A stretch of DNA of 57,918 nucleotides, from the NCBI GenBank assembly GCA_947628485.1, contig CANRAA010000001.1, positions 1 through 57,918 of the forward strand, in the 5' to 3' direction. This stretch comes from an uncultured Bacilli bacterium. GTDB taxonomy: Bacteria; Bacillota_I; Bacilli_A; RF39; UBA660. Under the pieces are notes generated by a model that was not told the DNA's origin, made no database searches, and worked only from the letters and a program-made list of their open reading frames with translations. Made by a program: the position numbers and the translations under genes. Each line of letters begins with the position of its first letter. The stretch's first letter is position 1. Of the stretch, positions 18,545-28,597 are shown piece after piece.

Positions 18545-19441
18545 TTAAATAAAATTAAATCCTATTTTATAATCCATTGGATAATATTCGGTTATAGTTA
18601 TAGTACCAATATCTGCGTTTGTAGCAGTATATACTATTCTATCATTTAATTCATTTCCTTCAATATTTCTAAATTCAGTAAATAAAGTATTATACATATT
18701 AGTTAAATTATTTTTAAAATCTTCAATTGTTGGAAATTTTGCTTTGGTTCCATCATCTAACATATTGTAAGCTTTTTCAGTATCAATATATAAAAGTCTT
18801 TTATATATTGCAACATAAGAAGATAATTTATTTTTTTCTTTAATTTCTAATTCTACATATTTATTAGAAGAATTTAAATTCATAGTTTCAATATTATAAT
18901 TATTAGCATAATTTTGAATATTTAAATTATCTTCTAAAGGTTTAATAACATAATATCCCTTTTTATCAAGAATTACTAAATAACATTTATCTTTGTAATA
19001 AACTATATCTCCTTCTTCAGCTGGTACATTTACTAAATACCCTTTTATAAAATAGAATGTTAAATCACTATTAGGATTATAATAAATTTCTTCCGCTATA
19101 TAATTAGTTGATTCATAGTTATTATTCAATTTTTGAGCAGCATTTTCGACTGTTAAATTATTTTCATTTTTATAATTTTCCTCTAACAAATCATAAACTG
19201 TTTTATTGTTTTGGCCAGAAATATTATCATAAAGGCTATTGATAATTTTTTGTAAAGCAAAAAAACTATCATCTTCTTTAAGTCTTACAATATTTTTTTG
19301 AATATTAGGATTTTCACTTTCGGCTGGAGGATTATCTGCTGGAGAATTTTCTCTATTACTAAGAAATACAGCTAAAACAGATGTTATAATTAATAAAATC
19401 ACTATAACTACCATTATTTTTAAACTATTAGATTTTTCCAT
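18545..19441 (-). CDS. Membrane-anchored hypothetical protein
   Basis: N-terminal TM segment IMVVIVILLIITSVLAVFL. Sits between the T4CP and the hydrolase gene. Confidence 0.6.
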   Translation of the reverse strand: MEKSNSLKIMVVIVILLIITSVLAVFLSNRENSPADNPPAESENPNIQKNIVRLKEDDSFFALQKIINSLYDNISGQNNKTVYDLLEENYKNENNLTVENAAQKLNNNYESTNYIAEEIYYNPNSDLTFYFIKGYLVNVPAEEGDIVYYKDKCYLVILDKKGYYVIKPLEDNLNIQNYANNYNIETMNLNSSNKYVELEIKEKNKLSSYVAIYKRLLYIDTEKAYNMLDDGTKAKFPTIEDFKNNLTNMYNTLFTEFRNIEGNELNDRIVYTATNADIGTITITEYYPMDYKIGFNFI

Positions 19442-19456
19442 ATATCCTCCTTTTTA

Positions 19457-22147
19457 TCATTTACAACCATTTTGAACCATTGGCAAGAATCTTACTGCAT
19501 TACTAGTTCTTGGCTCGCTCCATCTACCTTTATAACAATCTTGAGCTACTTCATAAGTTGAACAGAAAGAATTAGCCATATTAGCAACATCTTGACTACC
19601 ATAAATAATATTATAATATCTCTTATTTTCGTTTATTTCTTTTAATAAATAATCAACTTGACATTCGACTGTATCCCAAGATGAACCTTGATTTCGACAA
19701 TAACATTGCATATCACTTCCTTGACAGAAGAATCCATCATATACTGGATGATTACAAACATCATAAGCATCACAGCCAGCAACATTATGCCATTGAACTA
19801 AACCATAACTCCAACCATGATTACCATCTGCACCATTTGTGGAAGGATCAAATGTCCAACCAGTTTCAATATACATATTACCAAGTAAGGCTGCCGTAGC
19901 AACATCTGATAAACCTCTATCTTTTAAAGCTCTACAAACACCACTAAAACTAGCATCATAATTACCTGTACAACCAGCGGCTCCAGGTCTTGGATTATGA
20001 GCATCAATATAATCTAATGGATCTTTAGCTACACCATCTACAGTTACTTCAAAGTGTAGGTGGGCTCCTCTAGACATTCCTGTTGAACCAGATTTACCAA
20101 TTAATTGCCCTTGAGCAACAGTTTCGCCAACATTAACATCAACATGAGATAAGTGACAATATTTAGAAGTAGTACCATCACCATGGTCAATAACAACATA
20201 GTTACCACAACCATAACAGTCTCTAGTACCATGGTCACATACGCCTCCTACACCATTATAACAATCGTGACTATGCCTACTACTATCATAATCAGCAACA
20301 GTAATTGTCCCAGATTTAGTTGCAATAATTGGAATACCAATATTACCTCTAATATTTAAATCCACTCCATTATGCCAACTAGATGAACCAATACTTGGAT
20401 CACGATAACCAAAGTCACTTTTGTCAAAGTCAAGAAACATTGGATCTCCACCATAAATATTACCACTTGTTGGATTTTCACTACCAACTGGATACCACCA
20501 ACCTATATCACAACTACCTGTATTCTCATGAAATTCACAATAGTCTCCTAAATCATATAGTTTTCTTTTGCCACCTGAAGTTCCAGTGCTTCCCATAATT
20601 AAATTATATATTTCTTGATAACTATCACTTGTATAATGAACTCCATCTTCTTGAAAACTTACAGAATCTTGATCTAAACCTAAATCTAAATATATTAGAT
20701 TACTAAGACCAGAAGAAGATATCAAACTAGACATTGTATCGTTAAAATTATTAACTTCATTCCAATCTTGTCTTTTATTTTTATCTAATGGGCCAACTTG
20801 AACAACATAAATAGTATGATTACTCCATTTTCCTTCCGCTAATTCTTTATATTTATTAAAGTAAGTATTAGCATTACCATAATCATTAACTCCAAGCCAA
20901 ATTACAATGTTATAAGAAGTTTCCTCAGTTAATTTTGAATCAATACTACTAATAGCACTACTAACAAACCAATTATAACCTTCTGCATCTTTAGCTACAG
21001 TATTATTATCATTTACATCACTAACTGCTAATTTTATACCATTTGTTCTAGAGTCTCCAACAAAAATAGTTGGGTTTGATGCATTTATTGAAGAAGCAGT
21101 ACTTGTACTGTTACTACCATATACATTTTTTAAAATAGAATTATAACTACCATTGGATTTTCTTATTTTTTCAATAGTATTTTTACTTAAATCTAATTTA
21201 CTACTTCTATTTAAAGTCGTAATAACATCTTTATAAGAATTTGATATGTATAAAAATCTTTCTATGTCACCATAATTTTCTTCTAAATTTGTTTTTATAT
21301 CACTTGGTATCTCATTTACAGGAGTATAATCAACATCATATTCCATACTTACAGACTTAGTTGTACTATTATAATTACCTACAGCCAATGTAGTGGTTTT
21401 AATGGCAATCATTAAGGCTTTTATTTGACTATCATTAAATCCTTCTTCATCATTCTCTACTTCTTGCATATAATGATAAGTTGCCCCAACAACAAAGTTT
21501 TTTAAACTAATTATTGAAGACTCGTACGTAACTGTTGTATTATTATAGTTACAAGCACTATCAAAATAACCATTTGTAAAATCTTTTTCAGTAGCAGCAA
21601 ATATTAAAACCATTAAAAGAATTAAAATGACAATAGCCACTGCCCCTGCTATTAAAGGATTAGCCATAATTAAAGTTACTAAAGAACTTACTCCTTTAGC
21701 GGTAGCTCTTCCTATTTTCATCGCCGCATCAGCACCTGTTCTTCCTACTTTTTTCATAGTATTAACTTTGGGAGGCTTATTTTCGGCTTTAACATCTTCT
21801 ACCGGTTCTTTGCTTTTATTAATTTCTTCCATTTTATCACTAGCATCTTTAACTTTATTTTGTGTTCTTTCATTACTAGCATTTTTTAAAGAATCAGATG
21901 TATTTTTTCTATTCATTACATTTCTTCTACTAGAAGTTACAACATCTTCATTATTAGTGTTCTTAGGCGTATCTAAAAACTCTTCATTATCGCTAAGCAT
22001 ACCATCTAATTTATTTTCAATTAAATCTAGATTATTTTCTTCTATACCTAAATTATTAGCAATACTCTCTAATTGCTCTGGCTTTGTTCCGTTACCCGTA
22101 TTTATCCCTAAAGATTTGGCTTTATTAATAATTCTATCTATGCGCAT
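19457..22147 (-). CDS. Membrane-anchored multidomain cell-wall hydrolase (SGNH-like + M23 peptidase + lysozyme-like domain)
   Basis: TM near aa 160-185. IFVGDSRTNG is a GDS(L)/SGNH-like motif. HNGVD...DHGDGTTSKYCHLS...GAHLHFEV is an M23 signature. C-terminal GNMYIETGW...GLVQWH resembles phage-tail-lysozyme-like domains. Confidence 0.8.
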   Translation of the reverse strand: MRIDRIINKAKSLGINTGNGTKPEQLESIANNLGIEENNLDLIENKLDGMLSDNEEFLDTPKNTNNEDVVTSSRRNVMNRKNTSDSLKNASNERTQNKVKDASDKMEEINKSKEPVEDVKAENKPPKVNTMKKVGRTGADAAMKIGRATAKGVSSLVTLIMANPLIAGAVAIVILILLMVLIFAATEKDFTNGYFDSACNYNNTTVTYESSIISLKNFVVGATYHYMQEVENDEEGFNDSQIKALMIAIKTTTLAVGNYNSTTKSVSMEYDVDYTPVNEIPSDIKTNLEENYGDIERFLYISNSYKDVITTLNRSSKLDLSKNTIEKIRKSNGSYNSILKNVYGSNSTSTASSINASNPTIFVGDSRTNGIKLAVSDVNDNNTVAKDAEGYNWFVSSAISSIDSKLTEETSYNIVIWLGVNDYGNANTYFNKYKELAEGKWSNHTIYVVQVGPLDKNKRQDWNEVNNFNDTMSSLISSSGLSNLIYLDLGLDQDSVSFQEDGVHYTSDSYQEIYNLIMGSTGTSGGKRKLYDLGDYCEFHENTGSCDIGWWYPVGSENPTSGNIYGGDPMFLDFDKSDFGYRDPSIGSSSWHNGVDLNIRGNIGIPIIATKSGTITVADYDSSRHSHDCYNGVGGVCDHGTRDCYGCGNYVVIDHGDGTTSKYCHLSHVDVNVGETVAQGQLIGKSGSTGMSRGAHLHFEVTVDGVAKDPLDYIDAHNPRPGAAGCTGNYDASFSGVCRALKDRGLSDVATAALLGNMYIETGWTFDPSTNGADGNHGWSYGLVQWHNVAGCDAYDVCNHPVYDGFFCQGSDMQCYCRNQGSSWDTVECQVDYLLKEINENKRYYNIIYGSQDVANMANSFCSTYEVAQDCYKGRWSEPRTSNAVRFLPMVQNGCK

Positions 22148-22188
22148 ACGAGTACCACCTTCTTTTATTATTTTATCATACTAAGGAC

Positions 22189-22216
22189 AGAAAAAAAAGC
22201 GTTAAACACGCTTTAA
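22189..22216 (-). terminator. Rho-independent terminator downstream of spoVS
   Basis: Minus strand has AAAGCGT-GTTTA-ACGCTTT followed by a T-run (complement of the 8-A run at 22191..22198). Confidence 0.75.
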
Positions 22217-22224
22217 TAGACCTT

Positions 22225-22485
22225 TTATTTGGCTTCCACAATTAATTTAATTGCGGTTTTGGCTTCCCCATTAATCGTAATATCATTGAATGCTGGAATA
22301 ACGACTAAATTATCGCCAGTCGGAGCCACAAACCCCCGGCATATGGCAATCGCCTTAATCGCTTGATTTAAGGACCCAGCCCCAATAGTTTGTAATTCCA
22401 CACTTCCTTTTTCTCTGTAGATATTCGCTATTGCTCCCGCTACTTTAGAGGGATTTGATTTACTAGATACTTTTAAAATTTCCAT
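22225..22485 (-). CDS. spoVS: Stage V sporulation protein S
   Basis: 86 aa, MEILKVSSKSNPSKVAGAIA...QAIKAIAICRGF..., a full-length match to the SpoVS family pattern. Confidence 0.9.
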   Translation of the reverse strand: MEILKVSSKSNPSKVAGAIANIYREKGSVELQTIGAGSLNQAIKAIAICRGFVAPTGDNLVVIPAFNDITINGEAKTAIKLIVEAK

Positions 22486-22541
22486 TATTATTTCCTTTCT
22501 TCATAATTAAAATATATGAAGAAACAAAGAAAAAATACCTC

Positions 22542-23714
22542 TTAACGGTATTCTTCAGATATAACACTATCATACATATTTTTAATAAATTCTTTAGTAA
22601 AATTATATGGATAACGGTAATGTTTTTTTTCGTAATTTTCATTATATAAAGAATAAGGTACTAATTCAAAATTACGCATATCTTTATCATAATAATTAAT
22701 AATTGGTTCGGTTTTAATATCGGTTATATCAATTCCTTTATCTAATTTTTTAATATTTAATTTAGCCATTAGTCCCACTTGATAAGCATTATCGAAGTCT
22801 TCACCAGCTCTACTTACATCATCATCAGCGGAAGTAAAATTTCCTAAAGAATAAAAGACTAAAGTTTTATGGTTATTTCCGACCCATTTAATAGGTTCTA
22901 TAGAATGACTGTGACTACCCACAATAATATCAACTCCTAAAGAATTTAAAAAATTGGCAAGTTCTTGTTGTTCTGCATTTTCCACATGGGTAAATTCTTT
23001 TCCCCAATGCATTAAAACTACTAAAACATCTACTTTTTCTCTTAAACTAGTTACTTCACTTTTTATTTTATCTTGATATTCTTCGGTAAATTCCTTAGTT
23101 TCTGGATCTTTATATAAACTAACATATTTTAAATATTCTTCCGGTACTTTTCTATTCGTGCCATATGAATAAGCGAGGAAACCCACTTTCATTCCTTTAA
23201 CATTAATTATTTTATCTTCATTCTCATCTTTGTTAGTCCCCACTGTTAAAATATCGGTCTTCTTAAAATAATCTAAAGTCGAATTAATACCTTCTATTCC
23301 TCGATCAAAAGTGTGATTATTAATGGTTGATAATACTTCTAAATCTAATGATGCTACTAAATCCCCAATATACTTGGGAGAACAAAAGTTAAAACCATCG
23401 CCACTTACTTCTAAGTTTTCATTGCCAATAACAACTTCCATATTCCCTATGGAAATATCATCATCGACAAAATAATCCTTAACTTTCCGAAAATAAGTAT
23501 TAACACTATCTCCAGCATCAATACTTCTATAATAAGGACTTTCAAAAAGAAAATCCCCGACCATGGTAAGAGATACTAAATTATTTTCTTTCTCATCTTT
23601 TTTAGTTTTGTATTCTACTTTTTCATTTTGAAAATACTTTACTCCCAAAAGAATAAGGGTAACAATTAAAAAAGTAATAAAAATTGTGAAAATTAAACTC
23701 TTAATATGTTTCAT
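22542..23714 (-). CDS. CapA-family (PGA_cap) metallophosphatase-like protein
   Basis: N-terminal TM, MVGDFLFE, VVLMHWGKEF, VGSHSHS motifs. Confidence 0.8.
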   Translation of the reverse strand: MKHIKSLIFTIFITFLIVTLILLGVKYFQNEKVEYKTKKDEKENNLVSLTMVGDFLFESPYYRSIDAGDSVNTYFRKVKDYFVDDDISIGNMEVVIGNENLEVSGDGFNFCSPKYIGDLVASLDLEVLSTINNHTFDRGIEGINSTLDYFKKTDILTVGTNKDENEDKIINVKGMKVGFLAYSYGTNRKVPEEYLKYVSLYKDPETKEFTEEYQDKIKSEVTSLREKVDVLVVLMHWGKEFTHVENAEQQELANFLNSLGVDIIVGSHSHSIEPIKWVGNNHKTLVFYSLGNFTSADDDVSRAGEDFDNAYQVGLMAKLNIKKLDKGIDITDIKTEPIINYYDKDMRNFELVPYSLYNENYEKKHYRYPYNFTKEFIKNMYDSVISEEYR

Positions 23715-23736
23715 AAAAACCCCAAAAAAAGTAAGA

Positions 23737-24273
23737 TTACTTCTTACTTATTATATAACCCGCAAGTGGATCGGTTAATTCTAAAATACCATTTATTAGG
23801 AAGAAAAAGCCTAAAATAATAATTTGAATATCACTGGTATAATATAGATTAATTGTGGTAATAATACCGGTTAGAATAAATAAAATTAAGTTAACAACAT
23901 TAAGTTCCCATAATTTATTTTTCTTATCATGATAATAATCACTTTCTTTTAATTTAGTTAAACTCATTAAGATAACCCAAATAAATAAAGCTAGAGCTAA
24001 ATTCCATGGAGAATCATTAATATCTAAAAATAGAAGACTAGCTAATACTACGACACAAGATAAAGCCGTGCTAAAGCCACTATACTCATGCGCATTTAAA
24101 ATGGCAAAGTTTTTAACTAAGTGAATAATTCCGTAAGAAGCAATAATACTTATAAAAACAATTCGAACATTGGTAATATTAAAGATTGGTAAAAGCGTCA
24201 CAATGGCTCCTCCTACTACCAATATCCAACCTACTATAAATTCTACTAAAGTTCTTCTATCCATATTCTTCAC
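23737..24273 (-). CDS. Multi-pass membrane protein (possibly DUF308/HdeD-like)
   Basis: About 6 hydrophobic segments. No catalytic motif recognised. Confidence 0.5.
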   Translation of the reverse strand: MKNMDRRTLVEFIVGWILVVGGAIVTLLPIFNITNVRIVFISIIASYGIIHLVKNFAILNAHEYSGFSTALSCVVVLASLLFLDINDSPWNLALALFIWVILMSLTKLKESDYYHDKKNKLWELNVVNLILFILTGIITTINLYYTSDIQIIILGFFFLINGILELTDPLAGYIISKK

Positions 24274-24310
24274 TTCCCTACCTTAATTATAGTTTATTTG
24301 TTCTATTTTT

Positions 24311-25018
24311 TCAAACCTTTTTAATATCGCCAAATCTTCTATCCCTATTTTCATAATATTCTAAGGCTTCATCTAAACATTTTTCATTAAAATCAGGAAA
24401 ATAAATATCGGTAAAATAAAGTTCCGCATACGATGCTTGATATAACATAAAATTACTTAATCTTTTTTCCCTACCAGTTCTAATAAGTAAATCAATGGGT
24501 GGTAAATCTTGATATAAATATTTAGAAAAAGTTTCTTTATTAATATCTTCTTCTTTTATTTCTTTATTATTTAAATCTTTAAATAATTTTAAAGAGGCAT
24601 CGACTATTTCTTCTTGACCCCCATAATTAAAACAAATATTTAAAATACATCCCGTATTATCTTTAGTCTTATTAGTTACTTCTTCCATGGCGGATATAAC
24701 ATCACTTCTTAAGTTATTTTTACGTCCACTAAAAAGAATTTTGACATTCTTTTTAATAACGCGATCAAACTTCTCTTGAAAATATAAAATAAATAAATTC
24801 ATTAAGTAATCGACTTCTTCTTTACTTCTTTTAAAATTATCGGTCGAAAAGGCATAAACTGATAAAATTTTTATACCTTTATCTTGTGCATAAATAGCGA
24901 GTTTCTCTAAAGTCTTCGCCCCTTCTTTATGCCCTGCACTTCTATTCATTCCTCTTTCACTAGCCCATCTGCCATTACCATCCATAATAATGGCAACATG
25001 ATTAGGGATTTTGTTCAT
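24311..25018 (-). CDS. uppS: Isoprenyl transferase (undecaprenyl-diphosphate synthase)
   Basis: HVAIIMDGNGRWA, FSTDNFKRS and RTGREKRLSNFMLYQ motifs. Confidence 0.95.
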   Translation of the reverse strand: MNKIPNHVAIIMDGNGRWASERGMNRSAGHKEGAKTLEKLAIYAQDKGIKILSVYAFSTDNFKRSKEEVDYLMNLFILYFQEKFDRVIKKNVKILFSGRKNNLRSDVISAMEEVTNKTKDNTGCILNICFNYGGQEEIVDASLKLFKDLNNKEIKEEDINKETFSKYLYQDLPPIDLLIRTGREKRLSNFMLYQASYAELYFTDIYFPDFNEKCLDEALEYYENRDRRFGDIKKV

Positions 25019-25036
25019 TTTAAATAACCTTTCTTA

Positions 25037-25552
25037 CTAATAACGGATTAAATTCATAATAAATAATAAATATAAACAAACGCCATAGCGAACTTCAAAA
25101 ATACTACCTTCAAAAATAGACACTAACATATCGGCAAAACACACAATGTATCCTTCTTTACAATTAGGTTTATATTCTTTGGCTCTAACTTTATTATCTT
25201 TTTTTAAAAAAGTATAACTATTTTTAAGTAAGGCTAAATGATACATGTGACTTTCAATAATACTAGCCTCTTTATCACTAATATTAAAGTATTTCTTCGC
25301 ATTTGCACTACTAACTTGGGGATGTTCTAAATAAGAACTTTTGCCATAGAAAAAATCATGAAGAAGTCCGGCTTCCGCACCCGCTTTTTCATCACCTTTA
25401 AATAATTTGCACAACAAAAAACTTAAGAAAGATACTCTCCTGGAATGGTCAAAGCGGTTTGTCCCATGATGTCTTTCATTTTTAAGCAAGATAAAATTTT
25501 CATCATTTAAGATTTTTTCCGTTATTTCTTTATATTCATTTTTTAATTTCAT
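25037..25552 (-). CDS. HD-domain phosphohydrolase
   Basis: H...RFDHSRRV and LLHDFF motifs. Confidence 0.7.
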   Translation of the reverse strand: MKLKNEYKEITEKILNDENFILLKNERHHGTNRFDHSRRVSFLSFLLCKLFKGDEKAGAEAGLLHDFFYGKSSYLEHPQVSSANAKKYFNISDKEASIIESHMYHLALLKNSYTFLKKDNKVRAKEYKPNCKEGYIVCFADMLVSIFEGSIFEVRYGVCLYLLFIMNLIRY

Positions 25553-25647
25553 TTTAATTTCCTCTTAATAATAATTTTATTAACGACTAACTTATTATAT
25601 CATAATTTTAAGAAAATTAATACATTTTCACCTTAAACCCGGTTTGG

Positions 25648-25676
25648 TTGACAATTTCTTTAAAGTAATTTACAAT
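25648..25676 (+). promoter_or_regulatory. Sigma-A type promoter
   Basis: TTGACA (25648..25653), 17 bp spacer, TACAAT (25671..25676). The track ORF start at 25675 lies inside the -10 hexamer. Confidence 0.6.
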
Positions 25677-25698
25677 GTTGGTAAGAATTGGTGGTTAT

Positions 25699-26454
25699 AT
25701 GAAAAATAAAATATTTTATCTTACTATCTTTATTATTATAGTCCTTTTAGTAGGTACGCTTGCCTATCTCGTTCGAAATGTAAACTTAGATAACAAGAAA
25801 AGATTGGAACTTTTAGATTTAGTCGAAGAAATTAAAAAAACCGACGAAATAATCATTACCGATAATTATGATGGAGTGGAAAAGAAAAGTACAGCTACTG
25901 AAGAAGATACTGTCAAAATAATAAACCAACTAGAGAAAATTACTTACAATTCCCTAAATACATCCCCAAGTGGTAATCCCCGTTATACAATAGAGCTTAA
26001 AAGTAATAACAAATTAATAGCCACCGTTATGTATTCTTCTAGTTATTTTAAAATAAATAACTTTTTACCGGATTTAAATGACCTAGAAGGCACTTTAGGA
26101 AAAACATTATCTGAAAATTACAGTTTAAGTATTCAAGAATTAAATAAGAACCTAGCTAATACTTTAGATAAAATAACCAAAATAGTTGTTAAAGATGAAA
26201 ATAATGAAGAAACATTAAAAGAAATAACAAATAAAAAAGATCTTAAAAAAGTAGCGAGTATTATTAAAGAGGCTAAAGTTTGGGAAGGAGCGATTACTCT
26301 TCCGGGTAATATTAATTATCTCGAATTTTATCTCAAAGATGACGTCGTTATAACCATGGAAAATAATGGTAATTATACCTTGAAATATCAAAATGTTAAT
26401 TATATTTTAGATAGTTTTTCTAATGAAGAATTAGAAGAAATATTAAATGGTTAG
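25699..26454 (+). CDS. Membrane-anchored hypothetical protein
   Basis: Trimmed to ATG 25699 (MKNKIFYLTIFIIIVLLVG) after a GGTGG SD. N-terminal TM/signal anchor. Confidence 0.6.
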   Translation: MKNKIFYLTIFIIIVLLVGTLAYLVRNVNLDNKKRLELLDLVEEIKKTDEIIITDNYDGVEKKSTATEEDTVKIINQLEKITYNSLNTSPSGNPRYTIELKSNNKLIATVMYSSSYFKINNFLPDLNDLEGTLGKTLSENYSLSIQELNKNLANTLDKITKIVVKDENNEETLKEITNKKDLKKVASIIKEAKVWEGAITLPGNINYLEFYLKDDVVITMENNGNYTLKYQNVNYILDSFSNEELEEILNG

Positions 26455-26484
26455 AAATATCTAATCGTTTTTATTTACACGAAT

Positions 26485-26513
26485 TTGACAAGAACTAACA
26501 AATATGCTATAAT
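26485..26513 (+). promoter_or_regulatory. Consensus sigma-A promoter
   Basis: TTGACA (26485..26490), 17 bp spacer, TATAAT (26508..26513). Confidence 0.65.
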
Positions 26514-26540
26514 TATCATGTTTTTAAGGGGGATTTTGTT

Positions 26541-27410
26541 GTGATAACTTTAAAAGAATTAAATTATGTTAATACCTTTGCGCATAGAGCACCATATCCA
26601 GGGACTAAATATGCCGAAGATGCAGCCCAAAAATTAATTAGTTCCGTCAAAGAATATGATGAACATTACAAAGATAAAGAATACGATATTATTTTATCTG
26701 ATGGTTCCCAATTTACTTTAGATATTATGCCCAAAAACCTTTGTCACATGTTGGGAGTCGATTATAAAACTTTATCAAATGATTACAATACTTTCTTTAG
26801 AGAAAATGTTTTAGGAATGAGTACTATTCCTCGTTCTTATGATTTCTTAAAAGTATTAATTGACAATATTGATAAAGTTTTAGAATATGATTATGATCAT
26901 AAAGGCGTAATATTTAACTATTACCGAATAATGATAAAATGTTCTATTTTTGAAAAATTATCGGATTTTAGTCGCTTTAATTTTGGGGTTGTTAATTTTG
27001 ATAAGGATGTTTTTCATGAAAGAACAGGTAGTTACCATAGTAGTAATATGGAAAAATTCTTATATGTTCAAAGTAATGAACAAAATAGCCCTTACTTTAT
27101 GATGGGTATCTTAAGAGAAAAAGAAAATGAAGAATTAAGTGATAACTATGTAGTAGAGACTTTATTTGCTCCAACGGAAACCAAAAAATTCTTTAATGGG
27201 CAAAAGGCCGCTATTCCAACGCAAATCTTAATTATCAGTGATATAATGCAAAAAATCGAAGCTACAGCCTCCGAAAAACTAGCTTTAATTAACCAATATA
27301 ATTCCATAGTTAATCAATATGGGTTAGAAAATCAAATGAACATTTATGGTGATTACTTAGCTACTCTTTCAAAAGAAGATAGTGAACTAACTTTAACCAG
27401 AAAGAAATAA
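26541..27410 (+). CDS. Hypothetical protein
   Basis: 289-aa ORF with a GTG start 7 nt after an AAGGGGGA SD. No family recognised. Confidence 0.6.
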   Translation: MITLKELNYVNTFAHRAPYPGTKYAEDAAQKLISSVKEYDEHYKDKEYDIILSDGSQFTLDIMPKNLCHMLGVDYKTLSNDYNTFFRENVLGMSTIPRSYDFLKVLIDNIDKVLEYDYDHKGVIFNYYRIMIKCSIFEKLSDFSRFNFGVVNFDKDVFHERTGSYHSSNMEKFLYVQSNEQNSPYFMMGILREKENEELSDNYVVETLFAPTETKKFFNGQKAAIPTQILIISDIMQKIEATASEKLALINQYNSIVNQYGLENQMNIYGDYLATLSKEDSELTLTRKK

Positions 27411-27471
27411 AGAAGGGAAACCTTTTTTATTTTTTTATTTTAAGGTATAATTAAAATATAAAGGAGAAGTT

Positions 27472-27909
27472 ATGGAAAAAGATAAAAGAAAAAATGTTAT
27501 CATCATTTTACTAGGAATTATTATAGTTTTACTTGTTGTAGGTTTAAGTATAATTTTTATTAAAGATAAATTTTTAGAAGATACTTATGAAAAACTGGAA
27601 GATCGTTATGAATATTTATTTGAAAATAGTTTAAATAATAAAGAGAATAATCCAGATAATAATAGTTCTAACAATGATAATTCTTCAAGTAATAATACTA
27701 TTTCTAAAGATGAAGCCTTAGATATTGTCTTAAAAGATTTAAACATTAAAAAAAGTAATCTAAGAGATTTAGATATTGAACTAGAATACAAAGTAAGATA
27801 TGGTAAAAATGTTTATGAAATTAGTTTTGATTACGATTATTTTGAATATGAGTATTATTTAGATCCCGAAAGTGGAAAAATCTTAGATACATTTAAAAGT
27901 TTAAGTTAA
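27472..27909 (+). CDS. PepSY-domain membrane-anchored protein
   Basis: N-terminal TM, Asn/Ser-rich linker, C-terminal ISKDEALDIVLKDL...YEISFDYDYFEYEYYLDPESGKIL (PepSY pattern). Confidence 0.65.
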   Translation: MEKDKRKNVIIILLGIIIVLLVVGLSIIFIKDKFLEDTYEKLEDRYEYLFENSLNNKENNPDNNSSNNDNSSSNNTISKDEALDIVLKDLNIKKSNLRDLDIELEYKVRYGKNVYEISFDYDYFEYEYYLDPESGKILDTFKSLS

Positions 27910-27940
27910 AAGTTATCATTTGATAACTTTTTTTGTTTTT
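27908..27940 (+). terminator. Rho-independent terminator
   Basis: AAAGTTATCA (27909..27918) pairs with TGATAACTTT (27921..27930) and is followed by TTTTTTGTTTTT. Overlaps the 3' end of the convergent ORF. Confidence 0.6.
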
Positions 27941-28257
27941 AAAATAAGACAAATTATTAATAAGATAACTGAAGGTAGTAAAAACTCTAAACTTCTAACA
28001 ATAATAAAAGTATAAAAAGGAGCTGAATTTACATAGGTATAATAATTTAACCAATCAATGTTTAAAACTATTAAGAAAAGTAAGATTAATACTAAAGATA
28101 TAAAATATAAAACTATATTTAAGATTTTATTTAAGCCTATCTTTTCTTTTTGTTTTCTCTTTTTAATGATATAAACTAAAGAATAGATTAAATCAATAAT
28201 TATTATTAAACCTATAATTACATAACCCCCATAAAATAAATATTTCATTCTTATCAC
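27916..28257 (-). CDS. Small multi-pass membrane protein
   Basis: 113 aa with three hydrophobic segments. Confidence 0.5.
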   Translation of the reverse strand: MIRMKYLFYGGYVIIGLIIIIDLIYSLVYIIKKRKQKEKIGLNKILNIVLYFISLVLILLFLIVLNIDWLNYYTYVNSAPFYTFIIVRSLEFLLPSVILLIICLILKTKKVIK

Positions 28258-28288
28258 CTTAAAATAAGTATAGCATAACTAATTCAAC

Positions 28289-28313
28289 TAAAAAAGAAGA
28301 AATAATCTCTTCT
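28289..28313 (-). terminator. Rho-independent terminator closing the long minus-strand block
   Basis: Minus strand has AGAAGA-GATTATT-TCTTCT followed by TTTTTAG. Confidence 0.5.
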
Positions 28314-28318
28314 GCAAT

Positions 28319-28531
28319 TTATAGTTTTCTAACTTTTTTCATACCCACTTCTTCAGTATCTACTACTTCATAATTACATATAAATGGGGCCATATCCATC
28401 TCTCTTTTTAATTTATCATGATGAGTAATAACAACTCTTTTAGCTTCCACCGAAACGGTTGGGGGTTGCCATTGAGAGTTTATTTTTGTTTTAGGATATG
28501 GTTTTAAAGCCATAAGTTCTTCTTTAGTCAT
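28319..28531 (-). CDS. Small hypothetical protein
   Basis: ATG 28531 (MTKEELMALKPYPK) is preferred over the TTG at 28573. Confidence 0.4.
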   Translation of the reverse strand: MTKEELMALKPYPKTKINSQWQPPTVSVEAKRVVITHHDKLKREMDMAPFICNYEVVDTEEVGMKKVRKL

Positions 28532-28597
28532 TATATCAACTTCTTTCAATAATGTATTATATATTATATTCAATAATATAGCAATAATATTTATCTA

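Noticed and set aside
16211-22147. Calling the T4CP/hydrolase cluster an integrative conjugative element or prophage.
   Set aside because: The window has no integrase, relaxase, VirB4-type ATPase, capsid or tail genes, or att-like repeats. Only the individual genes are annotated.
19681-22184. Plus-strand ORFs 19681..19899, 20153..20359, 20383..20598 and 21627..22184, opposite the 896-aa hydrolase gene.
   Set aside because: They give low-complexity translations (His/Tyr/Asn or Leu/Ser/Phe runs) and lie antisense to a gene with clear M23 and other domain motifs. These are shadow ORFs. The same applies to 1509..1709, 12750..12971, 13552..13755, 15378..15590, 27606..27791, 28839..29024, 53532..53801 and 55434..55616.
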